Source: an uncultured Arcobacter sp. (GTDB taxonomy: Bacteria > Campylobacterota > Campylobacteria > Campylobacterales > Arcobacteraceae). From it: a stretch of 64,000 nucleotides of DNA. This document shows positions 21,932 to 31,890 of this stretch, one piece after another (within the stretch, counting starts at the first letter, position 1; each line of letters opens with the position of its first letter). The notes beneath the pieces were generated by a model. The model was given only the letters and a program-made list of their open reading frames with translations. It was not told the origin of the DNA and ran no database searches. The translations under genes and the position numbers were made by a program. Location: positions 1,088,001-1,152,000 of the forward strand of contig OZ223300.1 of assembly GCA_965140705.1 (NCBI GenBank). Direction: 5' to 3'.

Positions 21932-21990
21932 AGCTTATTTTAAAAACTTACAGATATAATCACAATAGATTTATTTATTATTGGATAAAA

Positions 21991-23115
21991 ATGGAAAAAA
22001 ACATTAATAATATTAATGATTTGAAAAAAAATAAAAAAGAAGATCAAAAATTTAATGTTATTTCTGATGACTTACTAAATTTTACAAAATCTGAACTTCA
22101 AAATATTGAAATACTAAAATTCATTACTTATTTACCTGAACTTTTAAAACCCTCAATTGAACAATCAATTTATCATAAAATAGAAGAAGTAGTTTTTGAA
22201 TTAATGAAAACACCAGAAAAGCTTGATGATGAATCAATGATTAATAAATTAGTGAATATTACTAATGAAAGAGTAGATTTAGATAGAGCTGTTTTTAAAT
22301 CAAAATCTGAAGATATTAAAAAATTTATATCATTATTGATGAAAGAGTATGAAACTAGTTTATTTCTTAGTGATAACTCTTCAGCAAAATTAGAAATATT
22401 TAAAAATGATTTACAAGGTTTAGATATATCAGAACACTCAAATAGAGAACTTAGAATATTACATGCAAAACTTGCTGATTTGATATATAATATAGAAACT
22501 AATTTAGATGATTCAAAAGTTCAATTAATAAAAGGCAAAGAGACTTGTAATAGATTAGAAAAAGATATTGCAAAATTACAAGATGATTTAGAAAAATTAA
22601 AAATAGAAAAAGATATTGATTTTTTAACGGGAGCTCTAAATAGAAGAGGATACACTTCAGTAATCTTAAAAGTTGAGAATCGATTTATTACTTTTAATTC
22701 TAATTATGCAATTATATTTATTGATATTGATGATTTTAAAGAGATAAATGATGTGCATGGTCACGAATGTGGAGATGTTATCTTAAAAAGTTTTTCTACT
22801 ATACTTAAAAAACTAATGAGAGAAGAAGATATTTTATGTAGATATGGTGGTGAAGAATTTGTTACTTTAGTAAGTTATACAGAAGAAGATGAAGTATATA
22901 AATACATTAAAAGAGTAAAAGAAATTATTGATAGCCATAAATTTATCTATAATAAAGATCTTAGTGTAAAAGTTAGCTTTTCTGCTGGAGTCTCTTATCG
23001 AACAAAATATAATTCATATGAAGATGCAATGAAGTATGCTGATATTTTATTGTATAAAGCAAAACATGAAGGAAAAGGTAGAATTATCTTTGATAATTCT
23101 AAAGTTTTAGCCTAA
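21991..23115 (+). CDS. Diguanylate cyclase with coiled-coil N-terminus
   Basis: DFLTGALNRR, DIDDFK, RYGGEEF, LYKAK. Confidence 0.93.
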   Translation: MEKNINNINDLKKNKKEDQKFNVISDDLLNFTKSELQNIEILKFITYLPELLKPSIEQSIYHKIEEVVFELMKTPEKLDDESMINKLVNITNERVDLDRAVFKSKSEDIKKFISLLMKEYETSLFLSDNSSAKLEIFKNDLQGLDISEHSNRELRILHAKLADLIYNIETNLDDSKVQLIKGKETCNRLEKDIAKLQDDLEKLKIEKDIDFLTGALNRRGYTSVILKVENRFITFNSNYAIIFIDIDDFKEINDVHGHECGDVILKSFSTILKKLMREEDILCRYGGEEFVTLVSYTEEDEVYKYIKRVKEIIDSHKFIYNKDLSVKVSFSAGVSYRTKYNSYEDAMKYADILLYKAKHEGKGRIIFDNSKVLA

Positions 23116-23198
23116 TATTTATACCTATGAAGCCTTAATCATCTGTTGCGCGCAATTTAAAAGTATGCCAGATAATTAAAACTCCATAGATATAAATA
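23116..23198 (-). ncRNA. Candidate structured RNA: 30-bp stem with 23-nt loop
   Basis: Arms 23116-23145 and 23169-23198: 25 Watson-Crick pairs plus 5 A/C oppositions on + that are all G-U on -. Confidence 0.6.
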
Positions 23199-23204
23199 CT
23201 ATTT

Positions 23205-23420
23205 TTACTCATCTATCCTTTGTTTTGTTAAATTTATCTCTTTTTCTAATATCTCTTTTTGTTTAATTAATAAATTCAAATTCTTTTTTAACATTTCTTT
23301 ATCTTTATATGAATCAATAATAAACTCAAAAAGCTTAGGTCTATTTTTCTTCCAATTATGCAAAGTCGTTTTATTTATCTCTAAATCATTTTCCAATTTT
23401 CTTAAACTAGGGGCAGTCAT
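23205..23420 (-). CDS. Small HTH protein with C-terminal coiled coil
   Basis: SLRKLENDLEINKTTLHNWKKNRP HTH pattern; AGGA RBS before ATG at 23420. Confidence 0.75.
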   Translation of the reverse strand: MTAPSLRKLENDLEINKTTLHNWKKNRPKLFEFIIDSYKDKEMLKKNLNLLIKQKEILEKEINLTKQRIDE

Positions 23421-23448
23421 AATTAATCCTATAATATATCTTACAATT

Positions 23449-23548
23449 GATATTGTACAAATTATTGGAACAAAAGTCAATAATAAATTAAATTTTGTTC
23501 CAATAATTTGAATATATTATAAAAAAAGGCACAATTTTGTACAATATC
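23449..23548. promoter_or_regulatory. Overlapping inverted repeats (candidate operators) in divergent promoter region
   Basis: 18-bp perfect IR at 23458-23475/23493-23510; 13-bp perfect IR at 23449-23461/23536-23548. Confidence 0.7.
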
Positions 23549-23550
23549 GC

Positions 23551-24219
23551 ATGACAAAAAATTTACAAAACAAATTACTTTACCAATTAAATTTTTTAAA
23601 ATCTATTGGATATGAATATGGACAAAATTTAAATTTTAAAAATAGTAATAATGAACAAGTAAGATTGCCTGATAATATAAAGCAATTAGAAGAATTAGTA
23701 AAAAATTGTCATTTGTGTCAATTATCAAAATATAGAGAAAATGTTTTATTTGGAAGTGGAAATATTAATTCTAAAATAATGTTTTTAAAAGAGTCACCAA
23801 CTATTAGTGAAGATGAAGTTGATACTTTTTATGTGGGAAAATCTGGAGAGTTACTTAAAAATATGATAGAAAAAGTTTTAAAAGTAACTTGTGAAACTGT
23901 TTATATTACAAATATAGTGAAATGTATTTCGCCAAATAGTGAGATTAAAGCAGAACATGTAAATTATTGCAAAGCATATTTACATAAACAAATAGATCTA
24001 ATAAAACCAAAGTTATTAGTGATCTTAGGAGAGAGTGTATATAGGTATTTTACAAATGATAACACAGCTTTTAGTGAAATTAGAGGTAAAGTTATACCTA
24101 ATAATGATTTAGATATTATATGCACTTATGAGCCAAGTTTTCTTTTACGAAACCCTTCGTCTAAAGGAGAGGCTTATGAAGATTTATTAAAAATTAAAGC
24201 AATTATGGAGCAAATGTGA
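23551..24219 (+). CDS. Uracil-DNA glycosylase family 4-like protein, degenerate motifs
   Basis: CHLCQL, VGKSGELL, YITNIVKC and 4Fe-4S cysteines; KESPT and YEPS at the catalytic motif positions. Confidence 0.8.
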   Translation: MTKNLQNKLLYQLNFLKSIGYEYGQNLNFKNSNNEQVRLPDNIKQLEELVKNCHLCQLSKYRENVLFGSGNINSKIMFLKESPTISEDEVDTFYVGKSGELLKNMIEKVLKVTCETVYITNIVKCISPNSEIKAEHVNYCKAYLHKQIDLIKPKLLVILGESVYRYFTNDNTAFSEIRGKVIPNNDLDIICTYEPSFLLRNPSSKGEAYEDLLKIKAIMEQM

Positions 24220-25316
24220 AACATCTTTATCTTATTATCGCAATACTTTTCTTATTTACTGCTTGTGCTAATAAAGAAATAAAAATACCTAATCAAAATA
24301 GTTCAAAAATAGATACAAATACTAACACAAATAAAGATACTAATATATATACTCCAAGTTCAATTTTTACTCAAAATAACGAAGAAGAACCAGAAGATTT
24401 TAGGATTGCAATTATATTTCCTTCTAAAGTTGTGGGTAAATATGGTAACTCGACTATAAATAGTGTAATAGGATATTTATTATTCCAAAATAAAAAATTT
24501 GAAGTAGAATCATTTGATAGTGAAGATGAAAGCTTTGAAAATATTTCTAAAACAATGGATGAAATAAAAGATAAAGGTTATAAAAAAATTATTGCTTTAT
24601 TTACAAATAATGCTTTAATCAATATAAATAATATCTCTGCTTTTAATAATATGGAAGTATATTTCCCTTTAATAAGTAAAAAAGATGCTTATTTTATCTC
24701 TTCTACAAATTTTATTTATGGAGCTATTTCTTATGAAAATCAGATGAAAAAGCTTTTAGAGTTATCAACTGGCGATAATGCAGAGTTTTATGAAGAGTCA
24801 AGTATAGGACAGATGTTAAAAGGTATTTATGAAAGATTAGTTTCAAATATTGTTGTAAATCAAAATGTAATGCAAAGTAATAATAACTTTAAAAGTATGG
24901 TTACAAATGAAAAGTTAAAACACACTAACTTGATGTTAAATACTACTTTAGTAAAATCTTCTATTATTCTTTCTCAACTTTATGCTTATGAGACTGAAAA
25001 TGGTGCAATTATGACTACTCAACTTAATTTTGATCCTTTGATTTTATCATTGACACAATATGAAGATAGATTAAATCTAGTTTTAGCAAGTTCAATAGAA
25101 GATACTGATCCTAAATTGACAGAACTTTTATATCTTCTTGATACTGATATTAAATATAATTGGGTAAATTACTCTACTTTAATAGGAGTTAATTATTTAT
25201 TTTCTAAAAATAAAAATGGTTTAATAAAAAATCAAATTGTAAATGATGAAGTGCTTTATGATACACATTTATATTATTCTACAAAAAGTAGTTTCAAAAA
25301 ACTAGAACTTAAATAA
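24216..25316 (+). CDS. Lipoprotein, possibly periplasmic-binding-protein fold
   Basis: LFTAC lipobox; RIAIIFP strand after a low-complexity linker. Confidence 0.6.
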   Translation: MKHLYLIIAILFLFTACANKEIKIPNQNSSKIDTNTNTNKDTNIYTPSSIFTQNNEEEPEDFRIAIIFPSKVVGKYGNSTINSVIGYLLFQNKKFEVESFDSEDESFENISKTMDEIKDKGYKKIIALFTNNALININNISAFNNMEVYFPLISKKDAYFISSTNFIYGAISYENQMKKLLELSTGDNAEFYEESSIGQMLKGIYERLVSNIVVNQNVMQSNNNFKSMVTNEKLKHTNLMLNTTLVKSSIILSQLYAYETENGAIMTTQLNFDPLILSLTQYEDRLNLVLASSIEDTDPKLTELLYLLDTDIKYNWVNYSTLIGVNYLFSKNKNGLIKNQIVNDEVLYDTHLYYSTKSSFKKLELK

Positions 25317-25398
25317 CACTTTAAAAAAACTCTCAACAACTTTTAGATATAATCGCGTATATTTTATAAAGGGCTAATGCCCTGTTTTGGAGCACGAA

Positions 25399-27150
25399 TT
25401 GAGAACGCATTATTGTACAGAAGTTACAGAATCACTTATTGGTCAAGAAGTTACTGTTGCAGGTTGGGTAAATAGTAGAAGAGATCATGGTGGTATTATT
25501 TTTATTGATTTAAGAGACAAGGGTGGTTTAGTACAACTTGTTGCTGATCCTGCTGATTGTAAAGATGCTTTAGAGACTGCTGAAAAAGTTAGAGATGAAT
25601 TTGTTCTAATTGCAACTGGAAAAGTAAGAGCTAGAGGTGAAGGATTAGAAAATCCAAACTTGATAACTGGAAAAATTGAAATTATTTTATCTGATTTAAT
25701 TATTGAAAATAGATCAAAACCTATGCCATTTGATTTAGGTGATGAAAAAGTAAATGAAGAGATTAGATTAAGAAATAGATTCTTAGAATTAAGAACAAAA
25801 AAATCTTATGATATTTTTAAACTTAGAAGTACAGCAAATATAGCTATTAGAAATTGTTTAAATGAGATGGAATTTTTAGATGTGGAAACTCCAATTTTAA
25901 CTAAATCTACACCTGAAGGTGCTAGAGATTATTTGGTTCCATCTAGAGTTCATCCTGGTGAATTTTATGCATTACCACAATCTCCTCAAATCTTTAAACA
26001 ACTTCTTATGGTAAGTGGTTTTGACAAATATTTTCAAATAGCAAAATGTTTTAGAGATGAAGATTTAAGAGCAGATAGACAACCAGAATTTACTCAAATA
26101 GATGTTGAGATGAGTTTCTGTACTCAAGAAGATGTTATAAAAGTTGCTGAAAAATTGATTCATGATACTTTTACTGCTTGTGGAAAAGATGTTCCAGCAA
26201 CTTTTCCAAGAATGACTTATAATGAAGCAATGGAACAATATGGAAGTGATAAACCTGATTTAAGATTTGATATGCCACTTGTAGATGTTATTGATATCTT
26301 TGCAAGAAGTACAAATGAAATCTTTGCAAATATTGCAAAAGATAAGGCACACAATAGAATTAAAGCAATTAAATGTCCAAATGGAGATAATATTTTCTCA
26401 AAAAGACAAATGAAAGCATTTGAAGACTATGTAAGAAAATTTGGGGCTCAAGGTTTAGGGTATTTTCAAATGAAAGAAGATGGTTTAAAAGGACCATTAA
26501 CAAAATTCTTTACAGAAGCTGATTTAGAAGAGATTGTAAAAGTAACAGAACTAGAAGTAGGGGATGTAGTATTCTTTGGAGCTGGTCATAAAAAGATAGT
26601 TTGGGATTATATGGGAAGATTTAGACTTCATTTAGCTGAGCAAATGGATATAGTACCTGCTGATACATATAAATTCTTGTGGGTAGTTGACTTCCCTATG
26701 TTTGAAGTAGAAGAAGGTAGAGTTAAAGCTTTACATCACCCATTTACTATGCCAAAAGATTTAAATAAAGATAATCTTGAAGAAATAGAATCTATTGCTT
26801 ATGATATTGTATTAAATGGAACAGAACTTGGTGGTGGAAGTATAAGAATTCATAAAGAAGATATTCAAAAAGAAGTATTTTCTTTAATGGGAATTTCAGA
26901 TGAAGAAGCAAGAGAAAAATTTGGTTTCTTACTTGATGCACTTCAATTTGGTGCGCCTCCACATGGTGGATTTGCTTTAGGACTTGATAGAATGATTATG
27001 CTTTTAGCTGGTACCGATTCTATTAGAGATGTTATTGCTTTCCCTAAAACACAAAGAGCTCAATGTCTTATGACTCAAGCCCCAAGCCCTGTTGATGAAG
27101 AACAATTAAAAGAGCTAAGTCTAAGAATTAGAAAACAAGCTAATATTTAA
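25399..27150 (+). CDS. aspS: Aspartate-tRNA ligase
   Basis: [40 protein letters not shown] start after GGAG. Confidence 0.99.
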   Translation: MRTHYCTEVTESLIGQEVTVAGWVNSRRDHGGIIFIDLRDKGGLVQLVADPADCKDALETAEKVRDEFVLIATGKVRARGEGLENPNLITGKIEIILSDLIIENRSKPMPFDLGDEKVNEEIRLRNRFLELRTKKSYDIFKLRSTANIAIRNCLNEMEFLDVETPILTKSTPEGARDYLVPSRVHPGEFYALPQSPQIFKQLLMVSGFDKYFQIAKCFRDEDLRADRQPEFTQIDVEMSFCTQEDVIKVAEKLIHDTFTACGKDVPATFPRMTYNEAMEQYGSDKPDLRFDMPLVDVIDIFARSTNEIFANIAKDKAHNRIKAIKCPNGDNIFSKRQMKAFEDYVRKFGAQGLGYFQMKEDGLKGPLTKFFTEADLEEIVKVTELEVGDVVFFGAGHKKIVWDYMGRFRLHLAEQMDIVPADTYKFLWVVDFPMFEVEEGRVKALHHPFTMPKDLNKDNLEEIESIAYDIVLNGTELGGGSIRIHKEDIQKEVFSLMGISDEEAREKFGFLLDALQFGAPPHGGFALGLDRMIMLLAGTDSIRDVIAFPKTQRAQCLMTQAPSPVDEEQLKELSLRIRKQANI

Positions 27151-27163
27151 GATATTAGTTTTA

Positions 27164-27195
27164 TATAAAAAGGAAGTTTTAACTTCTTTTTTATA
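27164..27195 (+). terminator. Intrinsic terminator after aspS
   Basis: TATAAAAAGGAAGTT / AACTTCTTTTTTATA. Confidence 0.7.
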
Positions 27196-27204
27196 AACTA
27201 TCAT

Positions 27205-28005
27205 ATGAAAAAATTAATATTACTCCTTATCCTTTTATCTACTTTTATTTATGCAAGAGTTAGTTATACAGTAACTATTGAACCACAAAAATTTTTTCTA
27301 GAAAGAATTGGACAAAGTAAAGTAAAAGTTAGAACTTTGTATGAAGGCATAGATTATACTCAAAAATTAGATCATGTCTATTTTAGAAAATTTGCTTTTT
27401 CAGAAGCATATTTAACAATAGGACTTCCTGTTGAAAAAGAATATGCAAAAGAACTACTTGGATATAACAGTGATTTGAAAGTAATTGATACTAGTAAAGA
27501 TGTTGAAAAACTTTATGATAATGGAAAGGTCAATCCTTATTTTTGGTTGGACCCTTTAAGAGTTAGAAAAGTTACAAAAGTTATGCTGGATATACTTATA
27601 AAAAATGATCCAAGCAATAAAGAGTTTTTTGAGTTAAATTATCAAACTCTGATGGTTGAGTTAGACAAAATATTTTTACGATTAAAAAATACTTTGTTTT
27701 ATTCTACAAATGCTGTAATGGTTTTTAATGATAAATTAGAGTACTTTTTAAATAGATTTGATGTGAGATATTATAAAGCAGAAAATGAAATATTAAGCGG
27801 ACCTAAATTTACAGAAATATATAGACTAAGTAAAGAAAAAAATATAAAATATTTAATAGTTGATAAAACTATTAATTATAATGTTTATAATACTTGGTCA
27901 AATGCAAATAATATGGAAGTTATTCATACTGATATTTACTCTTTTAATTGGTTCGCCGATTTATTTGTTCTTTCAGACAAAATAGCCTCTAAAAAAGAGG
28001 AATAA
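27205..28005 (+). CDS. ZnuA/TroA-like solute-binding protein, degenerate metal site
   Basis: Signal peptide, VTIEPQKFFLERIG, NPYFWLDP, DPSNKEFFELNY. Confidence 0.7.
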   Translation: MKKLILLLILLSTFIYARVSYTVTIEPQKFFLERIGQSKVKVRTLYEGIDYTQKLDHVYFRKFAFSEAYLTIGLPVEKEYAKELLGYNSDLKVIDTSKDVEKLYDNGKVNPYFWLDPLRVRKVTKVMLDILIKNDPSNKEFFELNYQTLMVELDKIFLRLKNTLFYSTNAVMVFNDKLEYFLNRFDVRYYKAENEILSGPKFTEIYRLSKEKNIKYLIVDKTINYNVYNTWSNANNMEVIHTDIYSFNWFADLFVLSDKIASKKEE

Positions 28006-28006
28006 A

Positions 28007-29737
28007 ATGTTTTTACCCACTACAAAAGAAGAGATGGATAGACTTGGTTGGGAACAACTAGATGTTATCTTAATCTCAGGAGATGCTTATGTTGATTCTC
28101 CTTTTATTGGTGTTGCAGTTGTTGGAAGAATACTTGAAGACTTAGGTTATAAAGTAGGAATTATCGGTCAACCAAATTTAGAAAATGGTGACATCACAAG
28201 ACTTGGTGAACCTAAGCTTTATTGGGGTGTTAGTGGTGGAAGTATTGATTCTATGGTCTCAAACTACACAGCAACTAAGAAGTTTAGAAATAGCGATGAT
28301 TATACTCCTGGTGGAAAAAATAATAAGAGACCAGATAGAGCAACTTTAGTTTATACAAATCTTATAAGACGTCATTTTAAAAATACAGTTCCTATTGTAC
28401 TTGGTGGAATAGAGGCAAGTCTTAGAAGAGTTACCCATTATGATTATTGGACAAATAAATTAAAAAAACCAATTCTTTTTGATGCAAAAGCTGATTATAT
28501 GATTTATGGTATGGGTGAAATTGCAATACGAGAGTTTACTAACGCTTTAGCAAAGGGTGAAGACCCAAGAAAGGTTAGGGGAGTTTGTTATATCTTTAAA
28601 GAGCCAAGAGAAGAGTATATACAACTACCTAGTCATGATGATTGTTTAAAAGATAAAAATAAATATATAGATTTATTTGATTATTTCTATCAAAATAATG
28701 ACCCAATAAATGCAAATGGACTGTGTCAAAAAGTAGATACTAGATTTTTGATTCAAAATCCTCCCTGTGATTATTTAGATGAAAAAGAGATGGATTATAT
28801 TGCTGACTTTAAGTATACAAGAGATTTACACCCTTATCATAAGCCAGAGGGAAAAGTAAAATGTTTAGAGACAGTGAAGTTCTCTATTCAAACACACCAT
28901 GGATGTTGGGGAGAGTGTAACTTCTGTGCTATTGGAGTTCATCAAGGACGAACAATACGAACAAGAAGTGAAGCAAATATTTTAAAAGAAGCAAAAGAGT
29001 TCACTACATACAAAGACTTCAAAGGAATTATTTCTGATGTTGGTGGACCAACTGCAAATATGTATGGCTATGAGTGCGGTAAAAAGCTTAAAAAAGGTAC
29101 TTGTGATGATATTAGATGCGTAGACTTTGATAGGCTTTGTAAGGTTATGAAAGTGGATCACTCAAGACATTTGAAACTTTTACAAAATATTAGAAAAGTG
29201 CCTGGAATAAAAAAAGCCTTTGTTGCTTCTGGGCTTAGATATGATTTTATAAGTGCTGATAAAAAGCATGGATATGAGTATTTAAAAGAGTTAGTTAATC
29301 ATCATATATCAGGACAAATGAAAGTTGCACCTGAGCATACTTCTGATAGGGTTTTAAAACTTATGGGAAAACCAGGTAAACAACCTTTGATAGAATTTAA
29401 AAAGATGTATGATAGATTGAATAAAGAGGCTGGTAAACAACAGTTTTTAACTTATTATTTAATAGCAGCACACCCAGGATGTGAAGAGAAAGATATGCAT
29501 GAACTTAAGCATTTTACAAAACATGAATTAAAAATGAATCCAGAACAAGCACAAGTTTTTACTCCAACACCAGGGACATATTCAAGTGTTATGTACTATA
29601 CAGAATTAGATCCAATTACAAGAAAAAAGATTTATGTGGAAAAGGATACAAAAAGAAAAGAGAAACAAAAAGATATAGTGATAGACAAATCTTATTATCA
29701 AAGAAGAAAATCAAATGGTGCTAGCTTTCAAAGTTAG
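28007..29737 (+). CDS. YgiQ (UPF0313) radical SAM protein
   Basis: SGDAYVDSP, GGIEASLRR, CWGECNFC, APEH. Confidence 0.93.
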   Translation: MFLPTTKEEMDRLGWEQLDVILISGDAYVDSPFIGVAVVGRILEDLGYKVGIIGQPNLENGDITRLGEPKLYWGVSGGSIDSMVSNYTATKKFRNSDDYTPGGKNNKRPDRATLVYTNLIRRHFKNTVPIVLGGIEASLRRVTHYDYWTNKLKKPILFDAKADYMIYGMGEIAIREFTNALAKGEDPRKVRGVCYIFKEPREEYIQLPSHDDCLKDKNKYIDLFDYFYQNNDPINANGLCQKVDTRFLIQNPPCDYLDEKEMDYIADFKYTRDLHPYHKPEGKVKCLETVKFSIQTHHGCWGECNFCAIGVHQGRTIRTRSEANILKEAKEFTTYKDFKGIISDVGGPTANMYGYECGKKLKKGTCDDIRCVDFDRLCKVMKVDHSRHLKLLQNIRKVPGIKKAFVASGLRYDFISADKKHGYEYLKELVNHHISGQMKVAPEHTSDRVLKLMGKPGKQPLIEFKKMYDRLNKEAGKQQFLTYYLIAAHPGCEEKDMHELKHFTKHELKMNPEQAQVFTPTPGTYSSVMYYTELDPITRKKIYVEKDTKRKEKQKDIVIDKSYYQRRKSNGASFQS

Positions 29738-29755
29738 TATCTTTGTATTTTTATA

Positions 29756-29795
29756 TAAAAAAAGGGCAAAACTTATTAGTTTTGCCCTTTTTTAT
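29756..29795. terminator. Bidirectional intrinsic terminator
   Basis: AAAAAAGGGCAAAACT / AGTTTTGCCCTTTTTT between convergent genes. Confidence 0.85.
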
Positions 29796-29810
29796 TTTTG
29801 TAAATTCTAA

Positions 29811-30452
29811 TTATGAAAGAGCGTTAATCATATCTTTTGTTACATCTGATACATCTTTTGTACCATCAAGTTCAACAAATACACCCATATCAGTATAAAA
29901 ATCAATAAGTGGTGCTGTTTGTGCATGATAAGCTTCTAATCTACTTTTTACAGTCTCTGCATTGTCATCTTTTCTAATAATAAGTTCTCCACCACAGTAG
30001 TCACATACATTTTCTTCTTTTGAAGGATTAAATTCTACATGAAATGAAGCTCCACATTTAGAACAAACTCTTCTTCCTGTAATTCTTCCAACAATTAGTT
30101 CATCTGGAACATTTAATGAGATTACTTTATCAAGTAATATTTCCATATCTGCCATTAGTTTATCTAAAGCTTGTGCTTGAGCTAATGTTCTTGGAAAACC
30201 ATCAAGGATAAACCCTTTTTTACAGTCATCTTCAGCTAATCTATCTTTAATAATACCAATAATTGTTGAATCAGGAACTAGCTTTCCTTCATCCATGAAT
30301 TTCTTTGCTTCCATTCCCATTTCTGTGTTATCAGCAATAGCTGCTCTTAAAATATCTCCTGTAGAGATTTGAGGAATATTATATTTTTCAATTAAAAATT
30401 TTGCTTGTGTTCCTTTACCAGCACCTGGTGCACCAAATAGCATTAAATTCAT
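29811..30452 (-). CDS. adk: Adenylate kinase, long type with Zn-LID
   Basis: GAPGAGKGTQA, ISTGDILR, LDGFPR, CSKC...CDYC lid. Confidence 0.97.
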   Translation of the reverse strand: MNLMLFGAPGAGKGTQAKFLIEKYNIPQISTGDILRAAIADNTEMGMEAKKFMDEGKLVPDSTIIGIIKDRLAEDDCKKGFILDGFPRTLAQAQALDKLMADMEILLDKVISLNVPDELIVGRITGRRVCSKCGASFHVEFNPSKEENVCDYCGGELIIRKDDNAETVKSRLEAYHAQTAPLIDFYTDMGVFVELDGTKDVSDVTKDMINALS

Positions 30453-30565
30453 AGTTTACTTTCCTTATTTTTTAGGTATTGTATAGAAAAAGCATTTAAT
30501 AACAAATAAAAAATTTAAACCAATTTAGATATAATCATGCCACTTAAATACAACTAAGGGCATAA

Positions 30566-31135
30566 ATGAAAAAACTATTTTTAATTATTGGAGCACCTGG
30601 AAGTGGCAAGACTACAGATGCAGAATTAATAGCTGCAAAACATGATAATATCACTCATTATTCAACTGGAGATATGTTTAGAGCGGAAGTTGCAAGTGGA
30701 AGTGAAAGAGGAAAAATAATTGATACTTATATTAGTGTTGGAAATATAGTACCAATTGATATAGCTATTGAGACAATTTTAGGAGCGATAAAAAAAGCTT
30801 CTACTGATGTGGTAATTATAGATGGTTATCCAAGAAGTTTTGAGCAAATGTCAGAACTTGATAGATATTTAAAAAATGAAGCTGAAGTTGAATTAATAAA
30901 TGTTATAGAAGTAGTAGTATCAGAAGAAGTAGCTTGTGATAGAGTTCTTGGACGAGCAAGGGGAGCTGATGATAATGTTGAAGTATTTAATAATAGAATG
31001 AAAATTTATACTGAACCATTAGCTGAGATTCAAGAGTTTTATAAAAGAAAAAATCTTTTGGAAAGAATTGATGGAGAAAGAACCATTGATGAAATTGTTG
31101 ACGAAATCGATAAATTTATTCAATTAAAAATTTAA
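30566..31135 (+). CDS. adk: Adenylate kinase, short type
   Basis: GAPGSGKTT, STGDMFR, IDGYPR, short RARGADD lid. Confidence 0.9.
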   Translation: MKKLFLIIGAPGSGKTTDAELIAAKHDNITHYSTGDMFRAEVASGSERGKIIDTYISVGNIVPIDIAIETILGAIKKASTDVVIIDGYPRSFEQMSELDRYLKNEAEVELINVIEVVVSEEVACDRVLGRARGADDNVEVFNNRMKIYTEPLAEIQEFYKRKNLLERIDGERTIDEIVDEIDKFIQLKI

Positions 31136-31890
31136 TGAAAAAAGAATTTAACTTTTACTCAGTTATTATTGGAACTGAGCTATTAAATGGACGTCGAAAA
31201 GATGCTCATTTCTCTTTTTTAAATGAGCAACTTCTTAAAAGAGGTTGGATACACAAAGCCTCTTTTGTGATTGAAGATGATGTTAAGTTGATGAAAAATA
31301 TTTTCAATCTAATAAAAGCTGATAAAGACTCAGTGATGTTCTGTTTTGGTGGTATTGGGGCAACTCCTGATGATTATACAAGAGAAATAGCTGCTGAAGT
31401 TTTTACAGATGGTCAAATGGAATACCATGAAAAAGCAAAAGACTTAATTATAAACCAATTTGGAGAGGAAGCATATCCCCATAGAATTGAGATGGCTCAT
31501 TTACCCATAAATGCAAAGCTTCTTAAAAATGTAGTAAATAATGTAGCTGGTTTTTATTTGGAAAATAGATTTTTCTTTACACCAGGCTTTCCCTCTATGA
31601 GTCAAAGTATGGTTATAGAAGCACTTGATACTCATTATAAGATGAACGAAGTCAAAAAGTTTAGATTAACTCTTAGTGCTTTTTGTGGAGAAAACAACTT
31701 AATTGATATTATGAAAAAAGTTTCGAGCAAAGTTGAGTTATCATCTTTGCCTAAAATTATTGATGATAAAAGAATAGTTGTTTTATCTTTAATATCAAAA
31801 GATGAGAAGCTAGTAAAAGAGAATTTCTCTATGTTTACTAAATATTTAGATGATAAACAAATAGAGTACGAGCTAAAAGATTTTGATTAG
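31135..31890 (+). CDS. CinA-like molybdopterin-binding domain protein
   Basis: IIGTELLNG, GGIGATPDDYT, PGFP. Confidence 0.85.
   Translation: MKKEFNFYSVIIGTELLNGRRKDAHFSFLNEQLLKRGWIHKASFVIEDDVKLMKNIFNLIKADKDSVMFCFGGIGATPDDYTREIAAEVFTDGQMEYHEKAKDLIINQFGEEAYPHRIEMAHLPINAKLLKNVVNNVAGFYLENRFFFTPGFPSMSQSMVIEALDTHYKMNEVKKFRLTLSAFCGENNLIDIMKKVSSKVELSSLPKIIDDKRIVVLSLISKDEKLVKENFSMFTKYLDDKQIEYELKDFD

Noticed and set aside
23116..23198. Hairpin as SRP RNA, tRNA or retron msr/msd
   Set aside because: No SRP domain-IV motif, no cloverleaf, and no reverse transcriptase in the window
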